A stretch of DNA of 64,000 nucleotides from Rhizodiscina lignyota (Eukaryota): positions 62,001 to 126,000 of the forward strand of contig ML978127.1 of the NCBI GenBank assembly GCA_010015805.1, written 5' to 3'. Shown here piece after piece: positions 62,727-64,000 of this stretch. Both the position numbers and the translations under genes were made by a program. Each line of letters opens with the position of its first letter. Within the stretch, counting starts at the first letter, position 1. The notes beneath the pieces were generated by a model, which ran no database searches, had not been told where the DNA came from, and saw only the letters and a list, made by a program, of their open reading frames with translations.

Positions 62727-63129
62727 CGGATATCCCCAAGAGCAATTTGCTTTAAGGTGTTACATGTTGAGGCAGGAAGGATTGCAATGGATCTAGCTTT
62801 GAGCAGATACATGGCTGTTGGCCGGCTGACCTTGGGTGAGGGCGACCCTTCTGATCAAGTGCGTTGGTAGAGGTCCGTTCCACATAATAATCGCTACCTG
62901 CCTCATATTCGGCAATCCGATGCCCAAGTCGTTCAAATGCGGCCGCGCGCACTCTTGTGCGGCGGTAGGAGTGCCAATATGATGAAATCCACCAGTCTTC
63001 CGTTGCCGAGGCTCTCGCGTGTCAACCGCTATCACGGGCTTAACAATGCCGGGGATCTTCATCCTCTGGATTCCGTGAATATCTCACCTTTCATTCTACA
63101 CCTACGACACACCAGCGAAGTTATACAAT

Positions 63130-64000
63130 ATGGTCGCAGACGCAGTCATTTACCACCCGACTGTCTCACATTACCTCAAGTTTGTCGCGACGACCAGTAA
63201 GTGCATCCTCCGCGCCTTCACCCCCGCCGCAAATGCCGAGCAGCGTGACAAAGGAAGAACCTGAAGTTATTCTCTGCACCGGAAGCTGTCACGACGTCGA
63301 ACTTCTTTTTCACTGCGGTCCAATTCGTCAAGTAACAAAGCTAACATCGCATTTCCTCCGCAGCCGGTCGCGACAAAGTCCTCCGAACTCTCCAATACTT
63401 CGCGCGCTTCTACGCGTGGTACCTTTACCGCACAAACAATCCGCAATCTGCGATCGCCCCCTATGATGCGATAAAGAAAAACTTCGGCCTCACGCGCAAG
63501 ATCCTGCGCTTTGGCAAAGTCGTCGAGCATGTCAAGGCTGCTGCCATAGCTGCGGACGCCAAGGGCGGCGACGAGGTTCTGCGCGTTTGCGCCGTCGGCA
63601 GGCAATTGGGATATGCGGGGTATATGTTCTTGGACCATCTGACTATGGTGAGTACATGCGGTTTGCCTCGTGAGAGATGGCTGGAGTGGGACCGTATGCT
63701 AATGCTTGTCTAGTTGGATTCTGCGGGTATTCGGCCGTCGCCGAACGCGAAGCGCATACAGCGAGAGGCGTATAAGGCCTGGCTCGCGGCTCTGACGTTC
63801 AGCGCGGTGGCGGGCGTATACAAGCTGTACGGGCAGCAGCAGCGCGCGCGAACGCTGAACAAGCAGGAGGCCGAGGGCGCAGTTGAGGTCAAGAAGTTGG
63901 AGAGGGAGAGGGGCGAGACTACGAGACAGCTCATCAGCGATCTCTGCGATATCACAGTGCCGACATTCGCTTTGGGATACTCGAATGTACTCGATGATGG
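63130..64000 (+). CDS. PEX11: Peroxisomal biogenesis factor 11 (3' end beyond window)
   Basis: MVADAVIYHPTVSHYLKFVATT|GRDKVLRTLQYFARFYAW..KKNFGLTRKILRFGKVVEH..QLISDLCDITVP; two introns visible. Confidence 0.92.

Noticed and set aside
39242..64000. PEX11C and PEX11 as a peroxisome cluster
   Set aside because: They are 23 kb apart with many unrelated genes between them; ancient paralogs, and chance linkage is sufficient.

Overview
Eukaryotic DNA from a filamentous ascomycete (Pezizomycotina-type), judged by short 50-100 nt introns with CTRAC branch points and a compact gene layout. About 33 protein-coding genes are supported. Core genes: ETF-QO, DAP1, TMA7, TAD2, RRP3, SSF1, ARP6, GTB1, RPN7, ABD1, PEX11, PEX11C and a KCH-like protein. 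Accessory genes: a divergent tyrosinase-laccase pair, a GH43, two F-box-like paralogs, an amidase, a secreted amidohydrolase/decarboxylase, a GH24 lysozyme, an 8-Cys secreted peptide, a CMD-like protein, and an FAD monooxygenase beside an MFS permease. There is also a 2OG-Fe(II) oxygenase relic. The most striking element is non-coding, at ~47574-47801: a U6-style Pol III gene (TATA, 5' UUCG hairpin, A-box, B-box inside a spliceosomal intron, T6 terminator) that is not U6. It carries 22-28 nt antisense to U2 snRNA stem IIa and the adjacent branch-site region. No CRISPR array, rRNA, tRNA or intact transposon was seen. Family calls come from motif recognition only, without database searches.
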